The translations under genes were made by a program, and so were the position numbers. From assembly GCF_009914755.1 (NCBI RefSeq), contig NC_060929.1: a DNA stretch of 64,000 nt. The stretch is one strand, 5' to 3'. The number at the start of each line of letters is the position of its first letter. The stretch's first letter is position 1. Source of the DNA: the human T2T-CHM13v2.0 reference genome, Homo sapiens. This document shows, one piece after another, positions 1 through 32,759 of the stretch. Below the pieces are notes generated by a model. It saw nothing but the letters and a program-made list of their open reading frames with translations. It did no database searches and was not told where the DNA came from.

Positions 1-130
1 TGTGATACAGAAGAATTTAGTTATTACCTAATATTTAAAACTTCTAAGCCAAGCATTCTGTTTGGTAAAGATTTCTCTTAACTGTTAGATATGGCAGAGT
101 GTGTAACTAATTTTAGTATTGTCTTTGCAG

Positions 131-219
131 TGTATGCTGATGGTAGCATATGTTTAGATATCCTTCAGAATCGATGGAGTCCAACATATGATGTATCTTC
201 TATCTTAACATCAATTCAG
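131..219 (+). CDS. UBE2B: Ubiquitin-conjugating enzyme E2 B (RAD6 homologue), penultimate coding exon with catalytic Cys
   Basis: ttgcag acceptor before 131 and CAG|gtaagt donor at 219/220. Translates (V)[29 protein letters not shown], the RAD6-type E2 active-site segment. Confidence 0.98.
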
Positions 220-656
220 GTAAGTGTGTGTTAGGATGTATTATAATTTGTCAGTATTCTGTAGGATATAGTCAGCTCCTTAGCACACAGGTAACCAATG
301 GCAGAGCTTGGACAAGAATCCATGCTTTTCAGCTAACTTTTCTCTTTCAGTAGTGCCTACTTGGGATCCAGTCTGCAGTCCCTTTCCTGATTGTGTAAGT
401 TACATGTTCTCACAGGTCAAACCTAATTTGTGTCCATGAAGCATAGCCAAGGGTTGTGGAAAAGAAAAAATGGCTTGGAAAAACCATAGGAACCTAAAGA
501 AACTGCCAAGTGTAGATAAGCATTGAGTATGTTACCCCATCCAAGAAATTCTATTTTAAAAAAAGAAAGGAAAACTAATGTAACCATTTGTCGAAGCAGT
601 CTGGCAGAATATTTCAGAATAGATCTTTGAATGAAAATTTAGGAGGGGTGGAGTGA

Positions 657-1787
<1,131 letters not shown>

Positions 1788-2024
1788 TAGGTCTTAAGGC
1801 AATTGAGAACTTTATTTCAGAAGCTTAAGTTCCTTAGCAGCAGGAAACCCCATAGTATTTATCAAATCATTTCTAAAAGTATTTAGACCCAAAATTATAT
1901 GACATGTTAATCTCTGAAGTAATTTGTTGTTTTGTATAACTTTTCTGTAATATATTCCATATCTGACCCCTGTTGGTATAAAGAACAACTATGCAAATCT
2001 GTTTTTTCTTTTCTTTCCTCCTAG

Positions 2025-2153
2025 TCTCTGCTGGATGAACCGAATCCTAACAGTCCAGCCAATAGCCAGGCAGCACAGCTTTATCAGGAAAACAAACGAG
2101 AATATGAGAAAAGAGTTTCGGCCATTGTTGAACAAAGCTGGAATGATTCATAA
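2025..2153 (+). CDS. UBE2B: UBE2B last coding exon
   Basis: Polypyrimidine tract + ag at 2023-2024. Translates [42 protein letters not shown] then TAA at 2151-2153, followed by TAG. The SWNDS C-terminus distinguishes UBE2B from UBE2A. Confidence 0.98.
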
Positions 2154-3990
<1,837 letters not shown>

Positions 3991-4228
3991 ATGCTATTTG
4001 GTTACTATTTCAACATCCATTTTTATCCTTGACCTGTTTTTGCCTTTCCCAGTTTAAAACAGGAAAATTTCAAGTATTGGTAGATAATTATAAAGAAGTT
4101 ACATGTTACTTTACAGGGAGGTCAGTGAGTTCTAACTCCAAAATTCAACATATGCATAAAACTCATAGCATCCACATTCCTTTTCGAGAAAATCCTTAAG
4201 AAGGTTCAATCTATACATAACTCCTCAC

Positions 4229-4370
4229 TTTTTTCTGCAGCCTTGGAACAGATTCCTATTTCTTTGGTTAAGTACCAGATATAAACCTTCGATTTACAAG
4301 GTTGAGTCATACAAAAAGTGTTTACTTTAAACTCTAGGTCAGTTTCATAAATGTATGGTAGGGCAAGAAG
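4229..4370 (-). pseudogene. Putative fossil dsRBD-like exon
   Basis: ttctag acceptor and A|gtgagg donor; 47 open codons LLALPYIYETDLEFKVNTFCMTQPCKSKVYIWYLTKEIGICSKAAEK. Confidence 0.45.
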
Positions 4371-4522
4371 CTAGAACTAAAATGTTTATGTTGGTACAAA
4401 GTTATATTGATGGATTCATGTTAAAAAGTTTAAATGCATGTGTGATACAATTCCCTGTAACAATACCCCAGCACAGAATAATCTGTGAAAGGCACTATTC
4501 TAAGCACTTTTAACATATATTA

Positions 4523-5383
<861 letters not shown>

Positions 5384-5555
5384 TGACTACCATTTTCCAC
5401 TGACTTTAGGAACATTTTCTGGTTTCTATATAAAGGACTGACTTATCAATAAGCCACATTTTTCCCCTTCCTGGAAATATCCTTGAGTCTGTAGGATTTC
5501 TCTCCTCCACCCACCCCCCACACCAAGTTTCATTAATATGAATAACTTTCCATGT

Positions 5556-6431
5556 TTCTTGTGTTCACAGAATGGCCTGGGAATTTTTAGTTGAGCCAAA
5601 AAGATGAATGAGCTGTGCCCATTACAAACCTTGTTGGTTATCTGACTGCTCCACAGCTCTAAATTCACACTCATGTAGGTGGAAGATAGCGGAGAAGTAA
5701 GTTATTAAAGGTGTGGTATTATTAACAGTTTGTTTAATGCTCATTAAACAAAGTTAACTGCCTACTTAGTTTATTCATTTAGTATTCTTTAAGAGATAAC
5801 CCTGAGGATCATATTACACTTCAGAGTTATGTCTAAGGTGTTTCATATTTCAATTCTCCCAGGTTTTAAGAGGTAGGGATCAAATTTTGGAGTCTTGATG
5901 GTGTTTATGACAGTTCTTTTCCATTGCATTCAACAATGTAGAGTCCAAGTGGAATCTGAGTTATGTGAGAATCATGTATTTAAACAGAAAAGTGAATAGT
6001 TGGAAAGCTGTTCGCGGTAAATGAAATTATCCATAGGACAGAGGCCTTATGCCAAGATGGTAGCTCTATTACTTTAGTTCCCATCTAGTTAGGGGGGAAT
6101 GAACTGTTACCAGATGGGGGAAAGATTAGTTATCATCAGTCATTCTAGCATATGACAGCAAAGATATTAGAAACTAAATTTTATTGTTGAAAGGACTTTT
6201 TCTTTATCGTTTCAACAAAGAAGACACAATTAAATGTGTGCCATTCTTCCTTCAGTGAATTCTCCTCACCATCACTACAGCTTTTTTTAAAAACAATTTT
6301 GTCAGAAATATCTTGAGCTTTCAGGGCTTCTTGTGTTCACAGGATGGCCTAGGAATTTTTAGTTGAGCCAAAAAGATGAATGAGCTGTGCACATTACAAA
6401 CCCTGTTGGTTATCTGACTGCTCCACAGCTC
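5556..6431 (+). repeat. Dispersed direct duplication of 104 bp (5556-5659 and 6328-6431)
   Basis: ttcttgtgttcacag...ctgactgctccacagctc occurs twice, 772 bp apart, with 4 mismatches. Confidence 0.95.
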
Positions 6432-6926
6432 AACATTAGTTCCTTGATGGCTGAAATCAAGAACTTTGGAAGAACTTGGGCTCCAGAGTTCTCTTTGGCA
6501 TATGTAAGATTCAGACTTGTGTGAGAAACTTGCATATGAAATCTTTTGGGAAGTAAATGCTAAAGCTTGGCCACATGTTGCTTTTGTTCATCAGTGACTT
6601 GTGGATTAATATATTTGAGAAGACTCTAATATATAATAGAGTGGGCTCTGCCTAGAGAAAGCAAAGTAACCTTTTAGCCAATTAGAGAAAGTCTTCATAT
6701 AATAGTAACAGTCTTGGTTACAAGTATGATCCTTCTGTAGTCTTTTAGGGGAGGTTGGCTCCTCTGAAGTCTTACTTGGAAGACAGATTCATAAAGTGCC
6801 ACTGGGCTGGGAACTCCTGTAAAGGGAATCAAAGCCTGTCTCTGAAAAGATCCCCTGGGGTTCCATCAACCTGAACAATTTAGTCATTCTTCTGGAATGC
6901 AAGAGTTGTTCTCTACTGTGTCTTTA

Positions 6927-7906
<980 letters not shown>

Positions 7907-8247
7907 CTGTAGGAAAAAGTTCCTATCTTAGTGCTTACACAGTTCTTTTTTCTTTTTTTGGTATAGACGGGGTCTTGCTACATTAATTCTTTGACTGGGG
8001 CTGGGTCTTCTTTTGCACAGGGCAGCTTGAGACTACAATCACCATGGCTTCCTCTCAAAACCAAGTCAGGGATTAGGCTGTAAGAATAACAATACAAGTA
8101 CTAAAGACTGAAATTTTATTAAAGCCAAAGATTGAGAACTGGTTTCCGGACAGCTTCTAGCCATGCATTCATAGGCTGTGAGCAGGAGTCCTGTAGAATA
8201 ACAGGAGACCTCTGGGGTCCAAGCTCTGAGCTTCTGGGCACATTTTA

Positions 8248-10441
<2,194 letters not shown>

Positions 10442-10697
10442 TCAATTTTTATTTTCTGTTCTTTGATTTCCAAGAAATCTGTTCAGATGATAGTCTTTTT
10501 ACCCCACCTCCTCATTTGGTTCAGTGTGTGTTGATGAGCAGGGCTTCAGACCCACATCCATCACTGATAGGACCACATGCAGAGGACTCTGACCCTACTG
10601 CAGTCATTATGAAAACCTTCCAAACCAAAATAAGAAGGGTAGCCAACACCACCACCACCTAGCCCCAGGAGTCCTAACTTTAGAAAAGGCAGAGTGA

Positions 10698-10881
10698 GCT
10701 GTGCGCAGCATGCATCTGTAATCCCAGCCACTCCGGAGGCTGAGATGGGAAGATGGCTTGAGGCCAGAAGGTCAAGGCTGTAGTGTACTGTGACTGTACC
10801 TGTGAACAGCCACTGTACTCTAGCCTGGGCAACATACCAAGATCTTGTCTCTAAATTTAAAAGAAAGGGAAAAAAAAAAAA
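10698..10881 (+). mobile_element. FAM-type fossil Alu monomer
   Basis: Monomer retains cctgtgaacagccactgtactctagcctgggcaacatac (FAM/7SL-derived). 16-bp TSD agaa(a/t)aggcagagtga at 10682-10697 / 10882-10897. Confidence 0.8.
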
Positions 10882-11037
10882 AAGAATAGGCAGAGTGAAC
10901 TTTGGGGAAGAAACAATCTTGCCTGGCTTGCTTTTCATTACATATGTATATATATGTATGTATATACATACACATACACACACACACACGCAGATACACA
11001 TACCCAATGACAGTAGAGATTTTTTTTAAGGGTGCAC

Positions 11038-11288
11038 TCTTTGTTGAATGAAGTTTCCATATGACCAAAAGTCTTCAATAAGTTCTAAAACTCTTGCCTC
11101 TGAAGATCTGTGTTTACTCTTAATTCCTACAGAAAGGTATCCCTAAACTAGTTAAGAACGATAGCCATAACTAGATGTTATAGGGCACACAGGTCTCAGA
11201 TACCAGAAGCTGACAGTCTCCTTCCAGACATAAAGGGATACCCAGCAGAGATTCTTTAGAGCTGGAGAGCTGGGAAACACCAAATTAT
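11038..11288 (-). pseudogene. Two putative fossil exons (11288-11204; 11126-~11038) separated by a 77-nt GT-AG intron
   Basis: tgtcag acceptor, CTG|gtatct donor, tttctgtag acceptor. Translation PALKNLCWVSLYVWKETV / GIKSKHRSSEARVLELI. Confidence 0.35.
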
Positions 11289-11572
11289 CTGACATTTAGG
11301 GTAACACAATTCTCATTTTTTATATGGGACAGTATGTATTTTACTACAAACTACAAAGACTCAGAGGATGGACAGTGACAGTTAATATGATTCCTCTCAT
11401 TGCCCATAGGTAGGCCACCGATCCAAATGGATCCTGAGTTCAGACAGAATCCTTACCTCCTGATAAGGTTGAGTGAGGATTATTAGGTGAGTCACAGACT
11501 AAGGAATGTTTCAGAAAGCAGTTTTCTAGGTGTAGTTTGGATTTACAAAAAAAAAAAAAAAAAAGTTCTCCA

Positions 11573-13208
<1,636 letters not shown>

Positions 13209-13868
13209 CTGCAGGGTCCAATGTCTTATTTGCCACTATCACTAGTACCAAGCACAGTGCCTACCACTGTTGAGTGACCCCTCCTGTAATAAACTTACAC
13301 TACTGCCTCCCAAATGAAGCCCCTCTCCCAGTATTTATGCCTAGACCTATTTCCTTAATGGTGGGGACTAAACAAGAAAGAGGAGCAGAGAGGGGGTACA
13401 GAACAGACACTTAGCTGAGGAACATTAAGACCAAAATCACAGAGCAAAGCAGGACTGCAACAAGTATTTCTTAAGAGGCTATGTGCAAGGTGGCTCCTCA
13501 AGTCTAGAAGACCCAAGCCTCAGGCTTCCTCCAGAAAAGCAGTCTGGGAGACAGAATTTACAAATCAACTGGCTGACCGGACGAAGCCCCGGAATCCTGT
13601 GTCAATTCGTTTTAAACTAAGGCCAGATGCTTTTTGGTAGGCTGCCTCTTCCCGTGAGCTGGTGGGTACTTCAAGTCTATGATTTGATTCTCATTTCTTA
13701 AAAAAGGATGAGTATGTGTGGTAGTTGGGTATGGTATAGGTATGGTATAAATTTCAGGTGGAAATAGGAATTAAAGGATCTGATTTGCCTTGGTGGGGGA
13801 AGAAAAAGGCCATAAAAGAGAATCGCACTTAAAGGTACATTGTTGAAAAATCTAAACTATAAAATTAA

Positions 13869-14219
<351 letters not shown>

Positions 14220-14268
14220 CAAAAAGGCATTTTAAACAAAAATTCTGACGTTTAAAAACTGAAAATAT

Positions 14269-14450
14269 ATCGCGCCACTGCACTACTGCCTGGGCAACAG
14301 AGCAAGACTCTGTCTCAAAAAAACAAAACAAAAAACAAAAAACCCTGAAAATATGAGCCCAGGAGTTCGAGGCTGCAATGAGCCAATACTGCACCTTTGT
14401 GCTTCTGCCTGGGCGACAGAGTGAGACCTTGTCGATAAGAAAAAAAAAAA
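14269..14450 (+). mobile_element. Two 5'-truncated Alu fragments (14269-14345, 14356-14450)
   Basis: Alu 3' ends with A tails; ctgaaaatat flanks the first fragment (14259-14268 / 14346-14355). Confidence 0.8.
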
Positions 14451-14731
14451 CCTGAAAACAGAAAAGAGGGCTTTTACAATGTTGATGAACTCATCTTAGA
14501 GTGCATGATTTATAAATACATAAATATCCATGCATACTTTTACAGTGATAACTCCTGGGAAAATGAGAATGTTAAAAAAGCCAATCTAGACAGAGTCCTT
14601 CTCATTCCACCTGCCTCTTTATGTTGGTAATACCAGGAGTCTTAAGAGAGCTGCTGTGGTCTATGTCACATTCATCCCAGCCTCCTTTCTAATCCTGTAG
14701 CTGATGATGAAAATGTGATAAATCTTCTGGC

Positions 14732-14743
14732 TTAGCTTTGATG
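14732..14743 (-). CDS. CDKN2AIPNL: CDKN2AIPNL exon 3 coding part (HQS*)
   Basis: Long pyrimidine tract ending cccag, then CAT CAA AGC TAA. Gives a 116-aa product, matching the length I recall for this protein. Confidence 0.9.
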   Translation of the reverse strand, partial: HQS

Positions 14744-15352
14744 CTGGGAAAAAAAGAAAAGAAAAGGTTACATAACCATGTAGTCCAGTGAATCAAATTC
14801 ATCTTCATAAATTAAAATATAGCAGTGATGTAATATTTATGTACTATCCAGACAGTAAGTATACTCAGAAATTATTAATATTTTACAACATACAGAAAAT
14901 TCAGCAAAACATTGACCACAGCATCCATTTGGAAGCCAGAACTTGATTTTCCTGTCTTGTCACTTGCAATCTATAAATGTTCACAATTTAAAGTGATAAT
15001 GGAAATGCTTAAAATACAACTTTTTCTGGCATGCTTTGCAGTGAAAGGTTCTAAAAGCAGAGTCACACAAACACTTATTGTTCTAAATTAAAAGCAGTCA
15101 GTTCAGGTAGTAATTCACAACATTTCACATTGAGTCAGGATATTTAGATGTGAAGGTTATATATTTCTGGATTTCACACTATTAGAAACTGTAAAAGCTT
15201 GTCTTCAAATAGTGGTGAAATGAAGCAGAGCTATTCTTTCTGGTTACTCTCTAGCACCTTTGGTAAATTTAAACTTGGCTTTAGACAACTTTTAAACAGG
15301 GTGTGAAAAAATCACTTTGGCTGTCACCTTGTATTTGAATGAATTTCCTTAA

Positions 15353-17531
<2,179 letters not shown>

Positions 17532-17683
17532 TTCATAGTCACTTTTCATACTGCCATTTTCCCTCTTGGGATAAAAATGTTCTCAGAAAAAAATGGACCA
17601 CGTAAATTAGGTTGACAGCTTCTTTCTTTGAGTCAATAATGATAGCTTCCTAGTCAATCACTCCTTTCTCCTTAAAACATTAC

Positions 17684-18203
17684 CTTGGAAATATTAATTC
17701 TGACAGTCATAGCAATGACATCTTTCCTGAGTCAGCTGCTGCTCTTTGTTAATTATCGCTCATTAATTGGTAAGGTGAGCAACCACAAAGGCTGCCAGCA
17801 GTAGCCTAGGATGGCAGTTAGATAATCAAGATTGTTTACTCAATGTATGTGTGTTTGAATCCCCTTTCAAAAGAAAAAAAATCATATACTGCAACTGTCC
17901 AACAAATTCCACCTGTCAGAAACCAATGCTCATTTCTTTTCTCAGACTTAAAAAAAGAGCTGGACAGATTGCAGAGATCTACTTGCCTCAAAGCTGCAGA
18001 ATAGCCATAAAGTATTTTTAAAATCTTAAAGAGCTTATGTCTCCAAATCATCATCACTGTCTGTCTTGAGATACCAACAATGCCAGGCAATTTACTTCCA
18101 CTTGGTAGCTAGCTTTAAAACCCAACTAAACTCTAATTTTTTAGCTAAAGCATCAATTCTGGGCAGAACAACAACAGACGTTTTCAGGTGTATGGCTGGA
18201 CAT
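17684..18203 (-). pseudogene. Putative fossil coding segments in CDKN2AIPNL intron 2
   Basis: 18202-18092 reads CPAIHLKTSVVVLPRIDALAKKLEFSWVLKLATKWK*. 17805-17684 is bounded by cctag and AAG|gtaatg. Confidence 0.35.
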
Positions 18204-18437
18204 CAGGAGTATTTTGTCTATGGGCTGGCAATGTTGCCTAATGTTTTTCAGCATCCTCTGTCATGTGTGCAAAAACTGCAGGCAAAGGATGAAACTGCTG
18301 CAAAGTCCTCATGGCTCTCTTTCCAGTGGCATTCAATGGAGAGGGGACAGCCTTCAATACCACACAAATTTGTCATGGTACATAGATCAGATGACTCGTT
18401 CTCAGAATGGGCTTATCTGGAAGAGTCTTAAAGATTC

Positions 18438-20540
<2,103 letters not shown>

Positions 20541-21721
20541 GCTGATTTTACTTACTGATTTTTTGTCAGGAGTACTGTGTTGAGGTAACAGCTGATTTTA
20601 AAACATAATAGCATCTCGAAAACCAACCTGAAGCTTTTCCCCAGGTTCAGATTAAAACTAAAAGAATACTTTTTTAAGAAAAACAAACCATCCTGAAAAT
20701 CAAGTGGGGTGTACTATTTGGGACTGAAATACTTTATGAGCAACTGAGAATCTGATTAGTTCCTTGACACCCATATGGAAGAGGACCTCTATATGTGCCC
20801 CACCTCCCAAGACAAGACCTAAATGTGGAGGAATGGGCTTACCTATGTTTCTAAGGGCAGACCTAAAAAGGGGCCAGCAGCTTTTTACTCTACTGCTTCA
20901 GTCGATTTTATAAGTATTTTCTGAGTACCTTCTCTGGGGTATAAGTATACTAGGTTTGGGAGTTGTAAAGACTAAATAGAACTTTAGACACCATCTGTAA
21001 GGTCACAACTGCTTTAAAAGAGCCCTGGATAAAGTGCCAAAGGAACTTCAGAAGATAAGCGAGCAATTAATTCTGCTGCCTGAGCAGACAAATGTGAAAC
21101 AAGCATGTTTTGGAGGTGATTCTGAAAAGTATTAATAGCTGGGATGCCCAGCTCCATATTCTGAGGTTCTTTCTGCCACATTCTGTAGCCCCAGCTCCAG
21201 TGTCCAGATTCAAGACTCTAGGCAAGACTCACTGTAAAAAGCCCATCGCCTGAGATCAGACCCCAAAGGGTAGAGAACAGCTATGCCATCGACATTGCTC
21301 CAGGCACGTTCTTATCAGCAAATCACAGAAGCCAAACAAGTCAGGTCGGCACTCACACCGGCACTCACACCTGGGGTAAGGATGAGTCTTACCAATGAGA
21401 TTTTTTAACAAGTAGGAAACTTAAGTATTCTAGCCAACATCTTTTTAAACATCAAGCAAAAATCTCAAAACAATGTTCCTAAACAACCGGAAGAGGTTAA
21501 GCTTATGTGTTACCTCATCAACAATGCATAATTTACCACAGTGAGTTGTCAACTATTTATGAAAAGGCTTATACCAATTATGGGGAAATAAAAATGAAAG
21601 GGTATAGGTCTTTGGGGCAGTAAAGAGCATTCAAAAACAATATACTCTAATATAGTGTCATCAAGGCAGGGACTGTTAACTCTACACCATTTCATCACAT
21701 GCACTTGGAAATCCTATTTAC

Positions 21722-21821
21722 CTTTTTCATTAATTCACTTCTGGTAGTAAATTGTGGCAGGTCTTCCACTTCAATCCCATCGGCCATTTCCATCACCTTG
21801 TCTAAAAGGTCTTTATTGTAA
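21722..21821 (-). CDS. CDKN2AIPNL: CDKN2AIPNL exon 2
   Basis: tgtgcag acceptor and AAG|gtaaat donor; 100 nt, in phase with exon 1. Translates (S)YNKDLLDKVMEMADGIEVEDLPQFTTRSELMKK, completing the XTBD. Confidence 0.96.
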
Positions 21822-21847
21822 CTGCACAATAAAAAGTAGTAAGGTAA

Positions 21848-22243
<396 letters not shown>

Positions 22244-23289
22244 CTGTGAACACTTCTTGCTTGTAGATACAGAAGTGGACTTCAGAAATACCAGTACAGC
22301 AGATGTTTCAAGATTTAGAAGAACAGAGGCACTGTACATCCAGCAACAGATATTCTCAGATACAGGATGAGGACCAAAATATTTTTATTTTTTAAATACA
22401 TGGAATGTTAGTCTAACAAAAACATTATTTATTTCCCCAATTCTCTGACATTTGCCTAACCATGGAAAACCAGGATTTCCCAGGAGCACCTAGAAGGCAG
22501 GGAAAAGGGACGGGTGCCTCTGGCATTGCTTCCCTACGTACTGTTCTAATAAACCCCAATATGTGAAGCAAAACCAAGTGGCTTAGGCCTGCAGGGGCCA
22601 AATGACCAGAGTCAGGCAGCCATAATAGGTATAGAAACCAAGATCAAACCAAGTCACCCTATTTTCCTAACACAATTTCAGGAAAATCGAAGCTCTCTAA
22701 TAGGGAGTCTCAAGATTTGCCACCTTCCTCATGGAGGGGTGAAAGGAATGCCTTATCAGGCACTTCAAAAGCGGGCCTTTGTCCTTTTGGTGCTGCAGCC
22801 AGGATGAAGTGGGCTTTGAGACCTTCACAAAAAGGCATCGGCCATTTTCATAAGAGGGAAAGCAGAGAGGTGAAGCTGGTTCCTACTTAGGACCCCGTGG
22901 GCTGTGGAGTGAGGAGAAAAAGCCATAGGATACAGATTACATCCTCTCATTAGTGATTAAAATCCATCAATCCTGCCAGAAGCTGCATGGCCCCAGGTAT
23001 ATCACTTCTCTCCCTAAGCTTTTTCATCTGTAAAATGGGGATCTCCGTTTCTCTCTCTGCACGTTTGCCATGTAGGTGACAGGGGCTAACGGACTTCGAA
23101 TGCATACTGCAAAGGTGATGGTTTGAGCTAATAATAATAGTAATACAAATAACAATAGCAACCTTTGAACCCGCCATGTATTTAGCTCTTCACCCTTTAA
23201 TTATTACAGCCATCATAACCACCCTTTTACCAGAAGAGAAAACTGAGGCTCAAAGATAAGGATCTTTCCAAGGGGCCTCCAGGGTGGGA

Positions 23290-24140
23290 ATCAGTCTTCG
23301 GGCCGACCAATGCGGATGGAGGTTGGGCCCGGGTTCAGTCTGGGGCAGAGGTTCGGGTCAGGGGTGAGCCCTGGGAGAGGCCTTGAGGGTCGGAAGATAG
23401 GGGACAGGATCAGCCGGCCGGCAGGGGTCCGCACCTGCAGCCTAGGAAGAGATGGTTGGCCCAGACCATGGAGAGGGAGAGCAGCTGGTCCAGGCGGCCA
23501 CTGCCGTCGGGCGGGTCGCGGTAGTCGGGCAGGTGGCGCAGGATGAATTCCATGCGGGCCTTCCATTGCTTCTCGCTCTCTGAGTAGGAGCGGAACTGCT
23601 CCGCGAAGTCGGCCGCCTGCCGCACCCCCGAAACCAGCTCCTCCACTGCGGCAGCCGCCTCGCCACCGACCATGGTGCCCGCCGCAGCCGAGGACCGGAT
23701 AGCCCGCCGCCTTCCCGACGCGCACTGCGCCACCGCCTGCCGGCCAGAGGGGCCCCATCAGCGCACGACTGCTCCAGAAGACCAACCTGGAGCGCCCTCG
23801 CCCGGAGCGGCGGCCTGCGGGGGCACAGAGCGGCTCCTGGCTCCTCAGACCGCCGCAGCCCGTGGCTCCTGCCCTGGGTCTACCCAGGGCTACAAGGGTC
23901 TTTTGCGGTCGACCCTGCGGGGAACCGGTGGGAAAACTGAGGTCCCTAAACACAGATTCGGAGCGCCCTCTTCCAGTTGGCAGCTGGATGCCAGCCAGAG
24001 CTATGCTGTGCCCTTGCCCTGAGAGTTTCCCGGGCACCGCCTCATCCTGAGCGACATCAGGGGGCCCGGGTCACGGTCGACTTCCAGGGGTCTCCACAGC
24101 CACGAAGGTTGGGGCCCGCCTTCCTGGAGCGAGTAATCCA
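23290..24140. promoter_or_regulatory. CpG island / promoter of CDKN2AIPNL
   Basis: High GC and CpG density around the ATG, unlike the CpG-depleted flanks; no obvious TATA box. Confidence 0.9.
23435..23673 (-). CDS. CDKN2AIPNL: CDKN2AIP N-terminal-like (XRN2-binding domain protein), exon 1 CDS
   Basis: ATG in strong context (gcaccATGG). Translates MVGGEAAAAVEELVSGVRQAADFAEQFRSYSESEKQWKARMEFILRH...LLSLSMVWANHLFLGC, the XTBD signature. AG|gtgcgg donor. Confidence 0.97.
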
Positions 24141-24958
24141 TCCATCCCGTGAATACTTGCCAGGCACATTGCTAGGTGCTGGAGAGGCAATGAGAGCACA
24201 TTCGGAGCCCTGCTCGCCTGAACTTTACCATGGAGTGGAGGAGTGGACATTAGTGACATAATTGCTCAAGTAAATGGAGAATTTCAGCGTTGACAAGTAT
24301 TAGTAAAGAGAAGTTCAGCGTGCTACAACCATGAATAAGCAAGGGACCCAATCTAGTCTTGGGGTCAGGGAAGTGATCCTGGAGAAGTGAAGAATGAGCA
24401 GTTTTCTGAGTAAAGGGGAGTCGGTCAAAGCAAGAGAGAGCATGGCCTGGTAAGAGAATTGCAAGATAGGGGGTAGGAGGGGTTGGGGGGCGGGGCAGGG
24501 CAGGTAGAGAATGGAGAAGATGAAGTTGCAGAGGTCAGCAAGGCCAGTAGGCCAGGCAGGGATCCTGGCTAGATCCCAAGAATGGGGAGCCGCTGAAGGA
24601 TTTTAACCAGAACAGTGACACCTGTGTTTACAAAAGATGCTGGAAGGAGCCAGAAACAATGTGTCCAGAGGAAATGAGCAAGTTTGGACTTGGTTTTAAA
24701 TAGAGACAGGGTTTCGCCATGTTGCCCAGGCTGGTCTCGAACTCCTGAGCTCAAGTGATCCGTCTCCCTCAGCCTCCCAAAATGCTGGGATTACAGGTAT
24801 GAGCCATCGTAACTGGCTGGACCTGAAAGTTTTTATTTAGCTGGCATGACTCTGCTGTCTGTTCGAGTCTCAGGTAGCAGACACACTGAGAGAAAAAAGA
24901 GCTTCCTTTTAAGTGGTGAATTTTCCATCCCTGGAAGCATTCAACTACAGTAACTGGG

Positions 24959-25806
<848 letters not shown>

Positions 25807-26389
25807 AAGAGTCACTTGAGCCTTCACCAGCTTTGAGAGATTATTGACCTAATAGGCTTCCCCATTGCCCCCAGTCAAATGTGAGGTTGGGGTACAGAGG
25901 TGAGCCTAGAATCCACGATCTAGGGCTCCAGTGCAGGTCCTGTATTGTGAGTGTGGCCTGTGGGGAGAGCTGATTACATCCTGTCTGCTGCTTCTGCAGC
26001 TTCTTTTGGGGCATCAGGGTCCCCAGAAATCAGAGACTCAACAAAGCATGGAAATACAGGGCAGTCCGCATAGAATGAACCTGAAGACCCAGCACCAAGC
26101 TCAGTGATATGGCATAATGGTTAACAACAGGGAGGCATGATATTCATGCAAATGTGGGCAAGCAAAGTGTCAACAGGCCTGTGAGACCAAAGACAGAGTT
26201 AGCTACTCCCAGCAATCAGGAATTGGTGCACAGACCTAAAAGTCCCAAAAGTGAGTGCAGATCCCACGTCCTGAGAGGCTCGTTAAAATGACAGACTCCC
26301 CCAGGCTCACCATTGGATGTTCAGATTCAAGGCCCCAGGTAATTCTGCTTCCACCTGCCGCTGACCAAACTTAGAAAAACTCAAAGTTA

Positions 26390-31965
<5,576 letters not shown>

Positions 31966-32039
31966 TTCTGTAGTACAAGTCTGCTGGGGCCAAGTTCATT
32001 CACCTGTTGTCTACCTGAAAATGTCTTTATTTTGCCTTC

Positions 32040-32759
<720 letters not shown>

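Noticed and set aside
21010-21180. 55-codon AUG ORF on the minus strand in intron 2 (MWQKEPQ...)
   Set aside because: Partly overlaps L2-like sequence and has no homology or splice support; likely chance.
23291-24037. 248-aa minus-strand ORF over the CpG island
   Set aside because: Alternative frame of GC-rich promoter/exon 1 sequence; G/R/P/A-biased, no domain, near-cognate start.
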